64,000 nt of DNA. It comes from a virus (taxonomy: Duplodnaviria > Heunggongvirae > Uroviricota > Caudoviricetes). Of this stretch, positions 18,779-28,089 are shown one piece after another (positions within the stretch are counted from its first letter, which is position 1; every line of letters begins with the position of its first letter). The notes beneath the pieces were generated by a model. That model worked only from the letters and a program-made list of their open reading frames with translations. It was not told the DNA's origin and did not search any database. Where the stretch lies: positions 65,630-129,629 of IMG/VR virus record IMGVR_UViG_3300021399_000101; one strand, written 5' to 3'. The position numbers and the translations under genes were made by a program.

Positions 18779-20842
18779 ATGTACTTTTATCATGGAAATA
18801 GACAGTATTATTTAACTCGTGTTTTCTTAGATGATAAGGATCTTCAGGAAGTAGTATACGCAAACGGGCTGCTTGGCAATTACGAACAGTTTGCATATTC
18901 TTTAGCTGAGCAGCTTTATTCTCACATAGATTCTCTTGTGGGTGATAATGAGCTGTCAGCAAATGAATATTATGAAGAGGAGTATAACAATTATTCTCTT
19001 GACCCATCTGGTTATATTTCACAGGTGCTATCAAGAATACAGACCGCAATATACAATGCCTATAATAAAGTATGCGTTTGGTATCATAAAAACAACAAAG
19101 GGCTTTATGTTGCCATTCTTAAATCTGTTTTCTACGGGAGTATCAAGCATTTCTTCTATGAAAACAAAAACAAGTATCTTCCTCAATATGATTGGTATTT
19201 GATTAACAACAACCCGAAGAGAAAAGACATAATGGAAATGCTATTCAGGGAGTTTGATAAATTTACTAACGTGGCAGATGCCCTTAAATATTATCAAGAC
19301 CCTGATGACATTCCACTTGAGCTTGTTGCATACTTACAAGAGATAACTGGTCTTTCAATGAATGACTATAACGGAGTATTTACAGATAAACAAATACGTT
19401 CGTTAATAAAGCATATCATAGAAGTATGGAGAGAAAAAGGAGCGTCTTTTTCCATCGAACTGTTCTTCTCTTGCATGGGAATTCAATGTGATATTTCAGA
19501 GCTTTGGTTTGACAAAAGAATGTATGATAATCCGAAGAACTTCAATGAGTATACTAAGGTTCAGTCTGTAACAAGCTTTGGATATTACCTTACGCCAAAT
19601 AAGCCGCACACGGTTTCTTATGAGTTCTCTCCAGATGCTGTTAGCTACAGTATGTATACTAGCCCTAAATCTTCTAGAATTTGGGAATATAAAGTAGCCA
19701 AGTCGGGCAGCTCAATCGACGAGGTTGAAGCTTTGCTGGGCATTTCTGGCTCATCCGACATAACATATACATACTTTAAGTCAAATTTTGTTCTTGTTAA
19801 TTTTTATTATATAGGCTCAAACCGCTCTATCAATAAAGATGAGCTTGATATATTCAAAGAGCTTATCAATCATATGCTTCCGGTTTATATCAGAACTTAC
19901 TACAGCAATGAAAATGAGCAATCCTACGGAAACGACGACTGGGACATTATAAACGCCAAGAACAATGATACAGTGGTGGAAGATATTGCCAATGGAAAAA
20001 CCAGAGACGCCACTCCGCTTGGAATGTTTGATACACAACTCATCAATAAAGGTACAGATTTCTATCCATACTACCTTTATGATGCTTATCCATCTGACAA
20101 AGTAGGAGAAGGCTTCGTTTCTGGCTCTTATATGGTAGTTTACGATGATAGATATAGCCAGTATTTCTCTTGCAACAATATTTCATTGCCTGTAGAGACA
20201 ATAGATGAACTTGTTTCTTCTCCTGAATATGATGTTATTGGCGGAAAACAGCATTCAAGCCCTGATTATCCGGCTTTCCATGATAAAGACGGGAATAATT
20301 ATTCAGTTGTTGGCGAAGACCCTGAGACACATATTATTCAGCTTATAAAACAAGATGGAGCAGAAGGAACACTTGTAATAGAGTCGGGCACAGATGCATC
20401 TGATATATTCGCTACTGGTACACTGGTCAGCTATTATTTCAAAGATAATAATGATAACGAGATAAGAATCTACCCTAACTTGTTCGTGGATGATAACAAT
20501 GGCAGCTTGGTTCGTGTCAGCGAAGGAATCTATGACCCAGGTGGAGAATATGATGAAACCTTCAGCGCAGTTTTGGAGCCACAGTTAAATTGGACTTATG
20601 ACATAGAGGAAACAAGCGAAGTCGAAGAGTTACCATATGAGACTTTCGATATATCCTATACAAACAAAGCCCTTAATTTATTTGAGACTTCCAGTTATTA
20701 TGATGAACCCTTTGCAGTAAATGACCTATATGATGGTAGTAGTTGGAAAGGCAATATTCAATACGAATACTACGAGTACACCAATCCACTTGAGTATATA
20801 GATTCTAAGTTAAACAACGATTTACAAATAACGCTTATATAA
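18779..20842 (+). CDS. virion structural protein, putative (687 aa)
   Basis: Ribosome-binding site TAAGGAGAAATAGATG. Contiguous with the 1487-aa gene. Confidence 0.6.
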   Translation: MYFYHGNRQYYLTRVFLDDKDLQEVVYANGLLGNYEQFAYSLAEQLYSHIDSLVGDNELSANEYYEEEYNNYSLDPSGYISQVLSRIQTAIYNAYNKVCVWYHKNNKGLYVAILKSVFYGSIKHFFYENKNKYLPQYDWYLINNNPKRKDIMEMLFREFDKFTNVADALKYYQDPDDIPLELVAYLQEITGLSMNDYNGVFTDKQIRSLIKHIIEVWREKGASFSIELFFSCMGIQCDISELWFDKRMYDNPKNFNEYTKVQSVTSFGYYLTPNKPHTVSYEFSPDAVSYSMYTSPKSSRIWEYKVAKSGSSIDEVEALLGISGSSDITYTYFKSNFVLVNFYYIGSNRSINKDELDIFKELINHMLPVYIRTYYSNENEQSYGNDDWDIINAKNNDTVVEDIANGKTRDATPLGMFDTQLINKGTDFYPYYLYDAYPSDKVGEGFVSGSYMVVYDDRYSQYFSCNNISLPVETIDELVSSPEYDVIGGKQHSSPDYPAFHDKDGNNYSVVGEDPETHIIQLIKQDGAEGTLVIESGTDASDIFATGTLVSYYFKDNNDNEIRIYPNLFVDDNNGSLVRVSEGIYDPGGEYDETFSAVLEPQLNWTYDIEETSEVEELPYETFDISYTNKALNLFETSSYYDEPFAVNDLYDGSSWKGNIQYEYYEYTNPLEYIDSKLNNDLQITLI

Positions 20843-20858
20843 TTCAGAGAGGAATTTT

Positions 20859-22220
20859 ATGATAAAAGATAAATTAACTGAAGCCGTAGAAGCCGGCTTG
20901 GAAAATATTAAGAAAGGCGATGACCACATCCCTCTTAATATGAGAGGAGAGCTTGAGGTTATTGTCAAAGACAGAGACGGTAATGTAATCTCATACGAAC
21001 GCGGTCATAACCAGGTTACCAACTTGGCAAAAATGGCAATCATACATCTCCTCGCTGGAGAGGTTGGAGTTATTGACAGTAAGGTTTATTCAATGCCTGA
21101 ATCTGCATCAGAGTCCGCTGTCACTCTACAGAGAGTATACGCACTTGAGACTTCTTCTCCACAAGACCCGAAGGCAGAAATCGTTTCTTCTTTTAATCCA
21201 AGCAACCACAGTACCACAAAAAATTTAGATGGTCAGCTTATTTCAGGAGAACAGTTCTTCTACAACGGAGCAACTTATGCGTCTGATGATGTAAGCCAGC
21301 TTTCCCAGGTGCTTCCTAAGGATGTTTTAGGCAACTCGCTCAAATTCAACTTCCCGACTAAAATGCTTTTCGGTACTGGCATGGAAGCATATGATGCTGC
21401 ATCCATGAACAGCGAGTATGCAACAGAAATCAATACAACTGCAACTACAGACCTTAGTACGGCAACCATTCTTAGGCTGAACGGTGTGGCTCAAGGTAAT
21501 ACAATCCCTGATAATTTCTGGTCTGGTTGCAGCTCTTCTAATGATGGCATTGCATCCCCAACAACAAAGCTTTCTAACTGGTATTCCAATTCAAAGTTTA
21601 GATGCAGAACGTTACAGCCATCAACTCCTTCAGCATTGGCGGCAACTCCTAACGCAGCAGATACTTCAATCAAGGGTGCTATTAAGAACTGCTTCATAAC
21701 AAGTACCGGTGATGCATCAAAGTATAATGCGACAACCAAGATGGCATATCCTGAGTACCGTGGATATGGTTACCCTTGTTTCATTTACGCAAAACGCTCC
21801 ACTGAAAAGTTCTATGATGCGGAAGAAAGCAACCATGAGACCTATTATGAAAGAAACGCCGCTCTTGGTTCGGTGCCTTATGAGACTGAGATAACTTATA
21901 CAGTTGATATGCCTGCTCAGCCTGTCAACTCAAATGAAGTTACAACGTTCTATCCTTATAATGGTTGGATACTTAAGCAGGCAGGCCTGTTCTCAGACTC
22001 AAGATTCAGAGTCAGAAGCGAGGATTTAAGCGGCTCTTCACAGCTTTCAGAAAGAGTATTGCTTGAGAAGACAAATGACTCATTAAGGTCTGATGATGCA
22101 AGGTCTTACAGAGATTCGGTTGGTGGCCAGCTTCTTTTCACCAGAAACTTATCATCGCCTATTTTAAAGACTGCCGACAATGAAATCTCATTCATCTGGC
22201 ATATCTTTATAACAATTTAA
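20859..22220 (+). CDS. virion structural protein, putative (453 aa)
   Basis: Ribosome-binding site AGAGAGGAATTTTATG. Confidence 0.6.
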   Translation: MIKDKLTEAVEAGLENIKKGDDHIPLNMRGELEVIVKDRDGNVISYERGHNQVTNLAKMAIIHLLAGEVGVIDSKVYSMPESASESAVTLQRVYALETSSPQDPKAEIVSSFNPSNHSTTKNLDGQLISGEQFFYNGATYASDDVSQLSQVLPKDVLGNSLKFNFPTKMLFGTGMEAYDAASMNSEYATEINTTATTDLSTATILRLNGVAQGNTIPDNFWSGCSSSNDGIASPTTKLSNWYSNSKFRCRTLQPSTPSALAATPNAADTSIKGAIKNCFITSTGDASKYNATTKMAYPEYRGYGYPCFIYAKRSTEKFYDAEESNHETYYERNAALGSVPYETEITYTVDMPAQPVNSNEVTTFYPYNGWILKQAGLFSDSRFRVRSEDLSGSSQLSERVLLEKTNDSLRSDDARSYRDSVGGQLLFTRNLSSPILKTADNEISFIWHIFITI

Positions 22221-22232
22221 GGAGAGGGCAGG

Positions 22233-22400
22233 ATGAACGAATTTGATTATAAAGGTTGGGTAAGCGGAAACTTTTCTGACACCGTTCCCGAATCTGCTAG
22301 CGCAAAAGGTCATAAAGGACAAATTGTCATAGACACTGATTATATTTATGTCTGCGTTGACACAGATACTTGGAAAAGGGCTGCCCTTTCGAGTTTCTAA
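22233..22400 (+). CDS. small hypothetical protein (55 aa, MNEFDYKGWVSGNF...)
   Basis: Ribosome-binding site TAAGGAGAGGGCAGGATG. Not in the ORF track (<60 aa). Confidence 0.4.
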   Translation: MNEFDYKGWVSGNFSDTVPESASAKGHKGQIVIDTDYIYVCVDTDTWKRAALSSF

Positions 22401-22559
22401 TATGGAGAACGAAGAAGAGAAAGAGGAAGTTTACAAGGAGCTTCCCGACGACGGCAGAATATATATTTATGATACAAACACAGGGACATATACTCCACAA
22501 AAGTAATGTCGCAGACCCTCCCCTTAGTGGAGGGTTTTTTAAAAAAATGGAGAGGAAAA

Positions 22560-23219
22560 ATGATTACAACACTTGATTGCGCCGCTTATTTTATAAGCGA
22601 CACTCCTTGGCAGAAGCTGCCGACTGACAAATATGATACGCAGTTTTACATTGAGAAGAAAGAGGATGGAGAAGTGGTAATAGTCTTCAAGGAGTCCGAC
22701 TCTGGGGTAGACTGGAAGAACAACTTTCACTTTTGGAAGGTCGCCTATAGAGACGCAGATATCCCGTTCACAGCTCATTCTGGCTTCCTTAGATGCTGGA
22801 AAGAAGTAAGGCATTACATAGAGGATAAAGTAAGAGAACTTAATCCCTCTTCTATTACAGTAACAGGCTGGAGTTATGGTGGGGCCATATCTGTTCTTTG
22901 TCTGGAAGATATGGTTTATTGCTTCCCTGATGTCCCCTCAAGAATGGTGACATTCGGAGCGCCAAGAGTTCTCGGTTGGAGAAACTGGAAAAAGATTAAG
23001 AATAGGTGGGAGCATTCTGTTCAGTTCAGGAATGGAAGCGATGTTGTCACAGCCGTTCCTTTCTTCAACTTAGGATTCCATCATGTTGTAAGAAGAACGC
23101 AGATTGGGAACGCACCCAACTTCTTCGGCTGGTTTAAATCCGGAACTTATCACTACATAGGTGATTATATGAAATCAGCCAAGAGAATAGAAACAGGAAG
23201 TGTCGCAGATGCTTCGTAA
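22560..23219 (+). CDS. lipase class 3 / alpha-beta hydrolase family protein
   Basis: VIVFKES..W.N..HSGFL..ITVTGWSYGGAIS (GxSxG nucleophile elbow)..VTFGAPRV. Ribosome-binding site GGAGAGGAAAAATG. Confidence 0.7.
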   Translation: MITTLDCAAYFISDTPWQKLPTDKYDTQFYIEKKEDGEVVIVFKESDSGVDWKNNFHFWKVAYRDADIPFTAHSGFLRCWKEVRHYIEDKVRELNPSSITVTGWSYGGAISVLCLEDMVYCFPDVPSRMVTFGAPRVLGWRNWKKIKNRWEHSVQFRNGSDVVTAVPFFNLGFHHVVRRTQIGNAPNFFGWFKSGTYHYIGDYMKSAKRIETGSVADAS

Positions 23220-23697
23220 GATTAAGAAAGTTTTGGTAAAATTTTATGCTTTTTTAGCCAGAAAACTAAGGAAGGCTGAAATAAGCGAATCGGAAATCTA
23301 TAAGCTTCCCGCAGATGAATTCTCCAAGAAAATAAATGAAATGAAATATAAGGCCGACCCAATAGGTGGCCTTATAGATTATGTCGCAGACCCTGACCTG
23401 TTTTTCGATTCCAAGAGAAAATTTGGGCGTGATTGTGACGACTGGGCAAGGCAATGGAGCATCTGGGGTTATCATAACGGATATGTAGCCGAGGAATATT
23501 TTGTTTATAATCCCAAGAGACTTTTCAGAACGGCTCATGTGGTCACATTGCTTTGGAAGAATGGAAATTGCTATCTTGGAAACTATTATCTGTTCGGACC
23601 TTTTTTCAGCGATGAAGAAGCTTTAGGATATCTTAAGAACTATAAAAGCTATCAAGATGGGTTGGAAACTGTTTTCAGTAGAAGGATTCAAAAATAA
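23200..23697 (+). CDS. hypothetical protein (165 aa)
   Basis: ORF overlapping the upstream gene end. Confidence 0.5.
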   Translation: MSQMLRKIKKVLVKFYAFLARKLRKAEISESEIYKLPADEFSKKINEMKYKADPIGGLIDYVADPDLFFDSKRKFGRDCDDWARQWSIWGYHNGYVAEEYFVYNPKRLFRTAHVVTLLWKNGNCYLGNYYLFGPFFSDEEALGYLKNYKSYQDGLETVFSRRIQK

Positions 23698-23763
23698 AAA
23701 ATTTTGTTCCCTCCCCCTGCCAGAAAGCGGTTGAGGCTTCTTTATTTTCAGATGAAAAGCGAG

Positions 23764-23792
23764 TTGACAAAAATCTTTATTTTTTTTATAAT
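23764..23792 (+). promoter_or_regulatory. sigma70-like promoter of the recurring family (TTGACA-17-TATAAT)
   Basis: GTTGACAAAAATCTTTATTTTTTTTATAATTAA. Confidence 0.55.
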
Positions 23793-23819
23793 TAAACCAG
23801 TAAGGCAAGGAAAAATGGT

Positions 23820-24020
23820 ATGAAGATTAAAAGTTTCCGTAACAGGTTCGGGAGGGTTAAGCTTTCTTATAGAAAGATTTATCGGCTTTTTGGAAAAAAG
23901 CGTTGGTTTGTTACAAGCACAGGGCTTGGAAGAACCTATGTACGTTATAACACTCTTGATGAGGCGCTTGCTGTGTATAATACCATACAGCGTCTTTTAG
24001 AAACACGGGTAAAACGATGA
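23820..24020 (+). CDS. small basic hypothetical protein (66 aa)
   Basis: ORF downstream of the promoter. Ribosome-binding site AAGGAAAAATGGTATG. Confidence 0.45.
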   Translation: MKIKSFRNRFGRVKLSYRKIYRLFGKKRWFVTSTGLGRTYVRYNTLDEALAVYNTIQRLLETRVKR

Positions 24021-24745
24021 CTGAGTATATAAGAAAAAACATAGATAATTTAGCTAGTGTCAATTATTATATGAAAGTAAGCACTCTTGCTGGAGAAGTA
24101 ATTACTTCTGGAAAGGTAGTAAATCAGAAAAATATGTGTACTGTAAAATCAGAATATGTATACTTAGGTAATTGGCTTTCTACTGACAACAATTATTTCT
24201 TCAATATAAACAGCAATAACTTTGTGATTGATGTCACTCTAGATGTTTTACCCGAAGTGGCTGTTAAAAAAGACCTTCTTAAAGATTTGACAGTAAAAGA
24301 GTGGATGAAACTCGTTAATCGTTTTACAACGGTTCGTAAGGCAAAAAGAAAAGCTGAAAAGATAGATGTTTTTACAGACAAAGGGTTGGACGAAGCAGAT
24401 ATAGAAATAAAAGAGTTTCTTTATTTTCTAAACAGAATACCCGGTGTTACGACTATCTCCAGTTGTTGTGGTCATAATAAGCATCCTATGTATATTTCTT
24501 TTGTTATAGATTCAAGAAATTCTGAAAGAGCTGTGGATACTTTTCAAAAAATGTTTTTTGTGCTACACAAGCTTCTTTTAGAGAATCTGATATTTATTAG
24601 AGCAGATACTCATCATTTTATAGGTGGTAACTATAAGACAAAGGACTTAAAGTTTGAGTTTTATAGTAACGGAAAAGGCAATAAAGAAGTCTGGAAAGGC
24701 CTTAGAAGGTTTCAGACATTATACGAAACTCTATTTCAAGATTAA
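24017..24745 (+). CDS. hypothetical protein (242 aa)
   Basis: ATGA overlap with the upstream gene. Confidence 0.55.
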   Translation: MTEYIRKNIDNLASVNYYMKVSTLAGEVITSGKVVNQKNMCTVKSEYVYLGNWLSTDNNYFFNINSNNFVIDVTLDVLPEVAVKKDLLKDLTVKEWMKLVNRFTTVRKAKRKAEKIDVFTDKGLDEADIEIKEFLYFLNRIPGVTTISSCCGHNKHPMYISFVIDSRNSERAVDTFQKMFFVLHKLLLENLIFIRADTHHFIGGNYKTKDLKFEFYSNGKGNKEVWKGLRRFQTLYETLFQD

Positions 24746-24754
24746 GATACTGTT

Positions 24755-24827
24755 GGGGTCGTCGTCTAACCGGTTAGGACACCGCCCTTTCACGGCGGCA
24801 ATCCGGGTTCAAGCCCCGGTGACCCTG
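24755..24827 (+). tRNA. tRNA, anticodon loop CTTTCAC (UUC, Glu) by manual folding
   Basis: Acceptor GGGGTCG/TGACCCT (two GU pairs). D stem GTCT/GGAC. Anticodon stem CCGCC/GGCGG. T arm CCGGG-TTCAAGC-CCCGG. Confidence 0.6.
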
Positions 24828-24845
24828 TTATGCAGGGATTTATGA

Positions 24846-24874
24846 TTGACATAAATCCTTATTTTTTTTATAAT
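24846..24874 (+). promoter_or_regulatory. sigma70-like promoter (TTGACA-17-TATAAT)
   Basis: ATTGACATAAATCCTTATTTTTTTTATAATTAAG. Confidence 0.55.
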
Positions 24875-24895
24875 TAAGCGTAAGGAAGTTTGATT

Positions 24896-25078
24896 ATGTT
24901 TGGTGCTAATTGGAGCATTCCGATAACTATTTATATTATAGTGATGAGCTTCTTGACGTTTCTTGAAGCATCGTGCTCTACTAGCATATTCTGGAGAGAG
25001 TTTCTTCTTACATTGTCATTTACTTTCCTTGTTGTTATATTGCCGGCTTTTTGGATAACAGGTATATTTACAATTTGA
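24896..25078 (+). CDS. small hydrophobic membrane protein (about 60 aa, two predicted transmembrane segments)
   Basis: Ribosome-binding site TAAGGAAGTTTGATTATG. Strongly hydrophobic sequence. Confidence 0.45.
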   Translation: MFGANWSIPITIYIIVMSFLTFLEASCSTSIFWREFLLTLSFTFLVVILPAFWITGIFTI

Positions 25079-25285
25079 CAAAAAGCTTAAAAATTTATAT
25101 AATTTAATAAGCGGAAACACAGTAGAAATGATTTAGTGAGAATGTCAGCAAATAATAAGTTTTTGTAGGTGTAGTTAAAGGGATAAAACGTCCGAAAGGA
25201 AAATCCGGGTTCGAATCCCGGCTCCCACCGCTTCCTCTCTTTCAGAGGGCATTCTCAGAGTTTTTTGATAAATATTTTTTAATTT

Positions 25286-25380
25286 GGATGCACACAGCAA
25301 CTAAAAAACAATTATTAGTTCGAATCTAATCTTTCGTGCCATTAAATACGAGAGTGCGCCCAATGGTAGGGCAAGCATCC
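25286..25380 (+). ncRNA. circularly permuted tRNA-like element: outer helix GGATGC/GCATCC enclosing a T-arm plus acceptor-3' (with encoded CCA), a 6-nt linker, then acceptor-5' plus D-arm
   Basis: ATTAG-TTCGAAT-CTAAT T-arm. CTTTCGT-G-CCA, then TTAAAT, then ACGAGAG (7 bp, one GU). GCCC-AATGGTA-GGGC D-arm. Paralog at 63494-63612. Confidence 0.4.
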
Positions 25381-25521
25381 AGTTTTAATTGCCGGGTCGT
25401 ATAAAAGTAGTATAAGGGTCTTTGAAGCCCATGGAGAAGGAGCGTTACCTTCCCCGGCAGTAAGTTATTTGAAGCCTTATAGGAAAGTGTTTGATTATAT
25501 AAATAGTGGAGGCGAAACAAA

Positions 25522-25689
25522 ATGATTAGTGTTGAGCTTGATGATTTGATTGATATGATGGCGCACCCATGTCGTTACTGTTCATATATTGAACCAGGCC
25601 AATGTTCAGAACGTGGCGGATGTTCTAATGGAATAAGAGTATATCTTAAGGATAGGTTTAAAGATGAAATACGTGATTCTGAAAGTTGA
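25522..25689 (+). CDS. small Cys-rich hypothetical protein (55 aa, Zn-ribbon-like CRYC...C..C)
   Basis: Ribosome-binding site AATAGTGGAGGCGAAACAAAATG. Overlaps the start of the exonuclease gene. Confidence 0.3.
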   Translation: MISVELDDLIDMMAHPCRYCSYIEPGQCSERGGCSNGIRVYLKDRFKDEIRDSES

Positions 25690-26164
25690 CACCACCGGTC
25701 TTTCTCCGGAAGAAGCCGATGTGGTTCACATTACTGCTATTCGCATTAAAGACAACGATAAACAGACTTTTGATAAGTTTGTGAATCCAAGGCGCCATAT
25801 ACCTGAAGAAGCTTCAAAGATTTCTGGCATTTATGATAAAGACGTTTCAGGAGCTCCTTTTTTTGAGGACATAAAAGAACAGCTTTTAGAGTTCATAGGC
25901 GATTTCCCTTTAATAGGGCATAATGTAAGTTTTGATATAAGCTTTATAAATAAGTATCTTGATACTCCGCTTACCAATAAAAGCATGAGTCTAATGAACA
26001 TGGCTCGCTCTTTTGGCTATGATGGCAGTTTGAAATTTTTGGCTATGTGTAAACATTATAAAGTTCCTTATTATATGCATTATAATACTGCGGAAATAAC
26101 AGACATGCTTTTTAAAGCAATGATAGAAGAATATACAAAGAAGAAAGATAATAAAGATGCATAA
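25664..26164 (+). CDS. DnaQ-like 3'-5' exonuclease (DEDDh family)
   Basis: VDTTGL (Exo I), GHNVSFDISFI (Exo II) and a C-terminal motif region. Confidence 0.7.
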   Translation: MKYVILKVDTTGLSPEEADVVHITAIRIKDNDKQTFDKFVNPRRHIPEEASKISGIYDKDVSGAPFFEDIKEQLLEFIGDFPLIGHNVSFDISFINKYLDTPLTNKSMSLMNMARSFGYDGSLKFLAMCKHYKVPYYMHYNTAEITDMLFKAMIEEYTKKKDNKDA

Positions 26165-26172
26165 AACAACAT

Positions 26173-26200
26173 TGACAAAAATCTTTAAAAATTTTATAAT
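26173..26200 (+). promoter_or_regulatory. sigma70-like promoter (TTGACA-16-TATAAT)
   Basis: TTGACAAAAATCTTTAAAAATTTTATAATATAGG. Confidence 0.5.
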
Positions 26201-26253
26201 ATAGGCAAGAGAAGTATTTCTCTTGCTTTTTTTTATATGTCGGGGAAACAATT

Positions 26254-26502
26254 ATGAGTAAATGGATTTGTGAAGATGTTGGGCTGTTCATAAATCAGCA
26301 AAGAGACAAATTAAGTGAAAAACTCAATGAGTATACCGAAAAAGAAGGTGAGGTTATGGACGATAAGATTGAGGGTATCATTGTGGGCCTTAATCTTGCT
26401 TATGACATACTCGACGAGCTTGCTGATAATTGGACAAGTAAAGATCCTCCTGCCGAAGTTTTAAATAAGCTGAAAGACAAATATGGAGAGGATTTTGTAT
26501 AA
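26254..26502 (+). CDS. hypothetical protein (82 aa)
   Basis: ORF after the promoter. Confidence 0.5.
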   Translation: MSKWICEDVGLFINQQRDKLSEKLNEYTEKEGEVMDDKIEGIIVGLNLAYDILDELADNWTSKDPPAEVLNKLKDKYGEDFV

Positions 26503-26505
26503 AAC

Positions 26506-26688
26506 ATGAAATATAAAGTATATTTTACAATCAGTAATAGCTATTCGACAAGCATTGAAGCATGCAGCAAAGATGAAGCTTGCGAAATTGTTCAAGATGC
26601 AATAAACGCTGACGACGATGCTTTTTTTAATAACCGTGAATGGTATAACGGTGAAAATTATATAGAAAAAGTGAGATTAGAAAAATGA
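26506..26688 (+). CDS. hypothetical protein (60 aa)
   Basis: Short ORF. ATGA overlap with the glyA start. Confidence 0.45.
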   Translation: MKYKVYFTISNSYSTSIEACSKDEACEIVQDAINADDDAFFNNREWYNGENYIEKVRLEK

Positions 26689-28085
26689 ATGATAAAAAGA
26701 TAATGTTTAATCTTATGCTCAATACAATAGCTGAATCTTCACCTGAAGTTGCCGAGCAGATAAAGAAAGAGCTTGTTTCACAAAGAAACAGCTTAAAACT
26801 AATTGCCTCTGAAAATTACAATTCTCTTCCTGTTTTAATGGCAGGAGCATCATTAACTATGGATAAGTATTCAGAAGGCTTTTTAGAAGAGCAGGTAGAC
26901 GGCTCTTATAAAGCAAAAAGATATTATGCTGGTTGCGAAAGAGTTGATAAAATTGAAGAGTTGGCAATTAAATATGCTAAAGAGTTGTTTGGCGCTGAGT
27001 ATGCTTATGTGCAACCTCATTCTGGGTCTGATGCTAATTTGATAGCGTATTATGCAATAATTAAATGGCTTAGAGAATTTAAGCCAGATTGCTATGACAA
27101 AGAAAATAAACCCGTGCTTTTAAGCATGAGCGTTGATGCTGGCGGCCACTTAACTCATTCCAATCCAATGAATATAGTTAATGAATTGTTTGAAGTTCAT
27201 ACCTATGGAGTAAACAATGAAGGTTTTATAGATTATGATGCGCTAAAGCAACAAGTCTTAAATGAAGAACCAGAAGTAATTCTCGCCGGTTATTCTGCTT
27301 ATCCAAGGAAACTCGACTTTTCTAAGTTTAGAGAAATGGCTGATGAAGTCGGCGCCATATTAATGTGTGATATGGCACACTTTGCCGGACTTGTAGCTGG
27401 AAAAGTTTTTACTGGAGTTTATGACCCTGTTCCTTATTGTGATATTGTAACATCGACCACCCAGAAGACTCTTAGGGCGGGCCGTGGCGGTTTAATTTTA
27501 GCTAAAAAATCATTTAGCCCTTATATAAATAAGGGCATGCCAATGGTTCAAGGCGGGCCTCTAAATAATATGGTGGCTACTAAGGCGGTTGGTTTTGCCG
27601 AAGCCTTGAAACCGGAGTTCAAAGAGTATGCCCAGCAGGTTATAAAGAATTGTCAGGCCATGGCAGATACGTTCAGCCGTTTTTATGGGCTGAAAATGCT
27701 TACTGGCGGTACTGATAATCACATAATAATACTTGATTTAACCGATTTAGGAATAACCGGCAGGCAAGCAGAGCAGGCTTTACTTGAATTTGGGATTGTG
27801 GTTAATAGGAATTCAATCCCAAACGACCCCAACGGCATGTGGAATTGCACAGGCCTTCGTATAGGCCCTGCTGCTCTTACTTCTCGTGGAATGAAAGAAG
27901 AAGAAATGAAACTCATCGCCGGCATTATAGGAAATATATTAAGAGGTGTTAAACCGGTTGGAGATTCTAAATTAAAATATACTTTTGATAAAAGCACTGA
28001 ACTTAATAGGTACTGTTATCAGGCTTCAATTAATGAGTTATTAGACAAATTTCCGCTTTATCCGGAATTAGAAGTAGGAGAATAG
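26685..28085 (+). CDS. glyA: serine hydroxymethyltransferase
   Basis: LIASENYNSLPV, RYYAGCE, VQPHSGSDAN, GGHLTHSNP, TSTTQKTLRAGRGG (PLP-binding Lys), NRNSIPNDP. Collinear with SHMT over the full length. Confidence 0.9.
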   Translation: MNDKKIMFNLMLNTIAESSPEVAEQIKKELVSQRNSLKLIASENYNSLPVLMAGASLTMDKYSEGFLEEQVDGSYKAKRYYAGCERVDKIEELAIKYAKELFGAEYAYVQPHSGSDANLIAYYAIIKWLREFKPDCYDKENKPVLLSMSVDAGGHLTHSNPMNIVNELFEVHTYGVNNEGFIDYDALKQQVLNEEPEVILAGYSAYPRKLDFSKFREMADEVGAILMCDMAHFAGLVAGKVFTGVYDPVPYCDIVTSTTQKTLRAGRGGLILAKKSFSPYINKGMPMVQGGPLNNMVATKAVGFAEALKPEFKEYAQQVIKNCQAMADTFSRFYGLKMLTGGTDNHIIILDLTDLGITGRQAEQALLEFGIVVNRNSIPNDPNGMWNCTGLRIGPAALTSRGMKEEEMKLIAGIIGNILRGVKPVGDSKLKYTFDKSTELNRYCYQASINELLDKFPLYPELEVGE

Positions 28086-28089
28086 AGAT

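Noticed and set aside
12018-21739. Numerous minus-strand ORFs (60-170 aa) inside the 10-22 kb gene train and structural genes (e.g. 12018-12521, 12944-13342, 16101-16490, 17977-18234, 21491-21739)
   Set aside because: They are fully embedded antisense to long plus-strand genes with ribosome-binding sites, and no independent signals were found.
25286-25380. Phage attachment site or tRNA-gene integration remnant as the explanation for tRNA halves in inverted order
   Set aside because: Two independent copies share the same architecture with compensated helices and conserved linkers. Both sit in a virulent-looking phage with no integrase in the window, so random truncation at an att site is unlikely. 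It cannot be excluded without relatives.
25326-25520. Minus-strand 64-aa ORF overlapping the permuted tRNA-like element
   Set aside because: No ribosome-binding site, and it lies antisense to a structured RNA region. Judged spurious.
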